DNA from: Klebsormidium nitens | Taxonomy: Eukaryota; Plantae; Klebsormidiophyceae | DNA: 64,000 bases | Reading direction: 5' to 3' | Assembly: GCA_000708835.1 (NCBI GenBank) | Contig: DF237196.1 | Coordinates: forward strand, 1 to 64,000 | Shown: in pieces, positions 61,401-64,000 of the stretch | Position numbering within the stretch: position 1 is the stretch's first letter | Layout of the letters: each line of letters starts with the position of its first letter | Position numbers and translations under genes: made by a program | The notes under the pieces: generated by a model | What the model was told of the DNA's origin: nothing | Databases searched by the model: none | The model's input: only the letters and a program-made list of their open reading frames with translations

Positions 61401-63721
61401 GCGCGCAACGGCGCGTTGGCGCTTGGCAAAAGAGTGCTCGAGATGGAACTAAAACCGGGGCCGGTGCAGCGGTTGCTCGCCCATCGCGCGCGGGAGCTGC
61501 TCGACCCGGTCCTGCGGGAGAACCACAGGTGCCCGGAGGCGTCGGCGGAGGTGCGAAGGCTCGCGCGGGAACTAGGCGTGGCGGAGTGCGCGGCCGACCT
61601 GCTCGGCGCGGGGTCGGACAGCCGCATTTCCGAGCTCCACGTGCTAAACGTCTTGGAGGCGTGCACTCGGAACGGGCCGGGGCTGCGGACGAAACCAGGG
61701 TTCATCAAGCGCGCGGTGGCGCGCCTCAAGTACGCGCTGTCCGTGTACGCGAGAGCGAACACCGAGGGTTGGGATGAGGAGGGGATCCCCCCCCGACCCC
61801 CTCCAACTGCCAGGTGGCGAATCCGCTGCAAACCCTGCCCGTCTTCTCCCGGCCCCTGGAATCCTAGTAGCCGACGATCTGAAACTCGAGTGGGACGTGT
61901 CTGCGACGTGCCTCGACCCCCCCCCCGTCTGGCCCCGCGTCTTCGGGGCCGTCTACCAGCTGCTCAAAGTGCTCGCTGACGTCATCCGGGACCAAAGCGA
62001 GCCGGCATTCGTCGAGTTTGTCCGCAGCGGCGGGGTGGAGGCCGCGGCCGTGTTCATAGACCTCAACCCCACGAGACTTTTGATGTGTCAGTCGGATGAC
62101 CCGAACATTTGGGAGACGGACTGGGGGCTTAGGGCGCGGAAGAGACTGGCGGAAGCCGCTGACCTGGCGGACGGACTGTGGGAACGGGCGGAAGCGAAGT
62201 ACGGGCTTCGCCGGTGCGGCAGGGTTAAGGTGGGTGGCGCCCTCTGTCGTTCTCAGCGCGGCACTATCTTTCAGCTGAGTGTTGAGAAGAGTGCAGTACA
62301 AGGGTTGCCGACTGATCTTGTACTCCGTACTTTGTGCTTTAGAAAGCTGAGCACAGAACTCTAATATTGAGCTTTTTCCGACAAGCTTTTCAAAGCGCCC
62401 TTCCTGTTCTCGCTCTTGTTCTTTGTGGCGTTCTGATGCCAAGTAGAATGTTGGGTCGAGTGCACATTAATAAAGCTCATCAGACTGTAGGCCCTTACAA
62501 ACAGCCGATGTGTGTTGCGAACGCTTCGATCAGGCACCCCTTGAAGACTCTTATCATCAAAGTCAGCAGAATATTGATATGACTTCTGAATCTCCCCACT
62601 TGTCTGGCGTTGTGGCGTCCTGTTTGACTTTCAACCTCTGTCGATGCCCTTGCTCTCCTGCGTGTGCACTCCGTCCTTTTCTCGATTCTCGAAAGACCGA
62701 GCATCCTGCGTTGCTTCCACTGGAATACGAACGCCGATCCGCGAACGGCTGTCTTTCTTGCTTCACAGAACGCCTTCCAGCGGTGTCACCAGCGCGAGAC
62801 CAAAGGCGGGACGTTTAAGCAGTGCGGCAGGAAGTGCGGCGTCTTCTACTGCAGCAGGGACTGCCAGGTGCGGCGTTATCATGGTTGAACCGTCTGTTCT
62901 GGTTGGGACGCTTCTCATGGTTTTGCCGTCGGCTTTTGGACTGGATCTGAAACAGTGCGTGGGCTCGGATCTGGGCATGAGTGAAATTCCGACAAGACTC
63001 TTTCTGAAGGGCATGAAACCTTGTCCGTTTCATCCATACCTGTAAAGCAGGCAAACCCTCAGGATCCGGAAGGACAACCAAAGGAGCGGAATTCTGCAGC
63101 GTCTGCGACTAATGCGGGACGACAGTGACGTCTGACGTCTAAGCGCCTCCTCTTGTTCTTCCGAAGACAGCCGACATGCGCATGCCGATTGCAATTCCAG
63201 CCTGAGTCCAAAGCGAGTCGGACTGCCTCGAATAAGCATCTATGATGCTGCATTGCTTTGCTTCTTCCCCTTCCCCGGGTTCCATGATGAAAAAAAGTCA
63301 GTCTGCACTCAGTCTTCCACTTCATTGCTTTCAATTGACGTCCCTGCTATTTTGTGCACCATGACAGAGTTTTGTGACGTCACGAGTAAGCTTTCCCGGG
63401 TTGCTTTCTCAAAGTCATGTGTGCAACTAAATGGTTTGGCGGCCCAAGAATTTGATTGCTTGGATGCTTGTCTGTCAGGTCCATTCCTGAGAGCAGTCTG
63501 GCTACTTCGCCCTTAAGCGGGTTAGCGGATCAAAGTCTGGCTTTTCTTCTCCAGTCGAGATGTTCACACTGATGCGGATGACGTCATCAAATTGCGGTCA
63601 ACTGTGCAACTCAGGCACAACGTTGCGCGCCTTGCAGGTAAACCACTGGAAGGAGGGTCACAAGCAGGCTTGCACGCCCAGAAACGGAAGCATCCCTGCG
63701 CCTGGGCCTACCGCTGCCTAA
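58422..63721 (+). CDS. Large helical protein with a C-terminal MYND zinc finger; the reading frame as given needs a 1-nt correction at the C8 run near 61787-61794, and the 5' end is uncertain
   Basis: Exons 58422-58445 (tentative), ~58983-59160, 59544-62223, 62769-62867 and 63638-63721. The spliced C-terminus LRRCGR|NAFQRCHQRETKGGTFKQCGRKCGVFYCSRDCQ|VNHWKEGHKQAC has all eight MYND ligands. Confidence 0.8.
61050..61260 (+). repeat. In-frame coding minisatellite, ~21-bp (7-aa xDGR-like) units inside the MYND gene
   Basis: LDGPARD LDGRSAG LDGPDRD QDGRNGS PDGRDFI ... SNGRNGS SDGQSVE. Confidence 0.7.
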
Positions 63722-64000
63722 CTCGCTCAAACGTTGCGCAGAGGTCGAATCTCACAGCCAGGTGCGGGAGTGTCCAAATGTTTTGGGTTTTTAGGCCCTG
63801 ACCCTGTCTATTGTCTGGTAGGAGTTTGTGAAACTCAAAAGCTGTTGATGGTAGTCTCGACTGAGTGCCTGCTCGCCGATTTTGGGTGGTTTCGAACGAG
63901 ATCTCAAAAGTGGTCGTCGACCACGTTCAAAGTCGGGGCGGCGTCAATTGCGCCGTGTCGTTTGGGGCGGAGCACCTCTTTGAGAAGGTGGCTTTTTAAG

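Noticed and set aside
60218-61831. Long antisense ORFs (275 and 238 aa); similarly 1006-1596, 55018-55695 and 59333-60199
   Set aside because: Shadow ORFs of GC-rich real coding sequence, with no motifs.
61814-61867. 54-nt intron (cag|gtggcg ... cctag|) rescuing the MYND frame
   Set aside because: The donor is phase 2 but the acceptor needs phase 1, so the frame is not restored.

Overview
Eukaryotic nuclear DNA with GT-AG introns. The gene set is plant-like (RDM4/IWR1, HISN3, TAF13, ATP12, FHIT, a plant-type Kelch propeller and 2OG-Fe(II) oxygenase), and the style suggests an early-diverging streptophyte alga such as Klebsormidium (inference). The window has two parts. (1) An accessory left arm, about 1-28 kb. 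It holds a spliced KDZ-type transposase and an apparently intronless, virus-like island (about 2.9-13.5 kb). The island carries a frameshifted PrimPol-SF3 helicase, an intact Polinton-like-virus-type tyrosine recombinase, small orphan ORFs, a Sel1 pseudogene and a ~122-bp tandem array with an internal inverted repeat. No capsid or packaging ATPase is recognisable. Further right are a long multi-exon P-loop NTPase gene of Crinkler-like type, a 634-bp MITE with a 7-bp TSD, and a decayed inverted copy of part of the MYND gene at 59-63 kb. (2) A housekeeping right arm, 28-64 kb, of alternately oriented genes: Kelch(-), 2OG oxygenase(-), FHIT(+), HISN3(-), IWR1(+), TAF13(-), ATP12(+) and a MYND-finger gene(+). 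The best candidate for an undescribed system is the capsid-less recombinase + primase-helicase + repeat-array element. Exon boundaries were read by eye; family assignments come from remembered motifs, not database searches.
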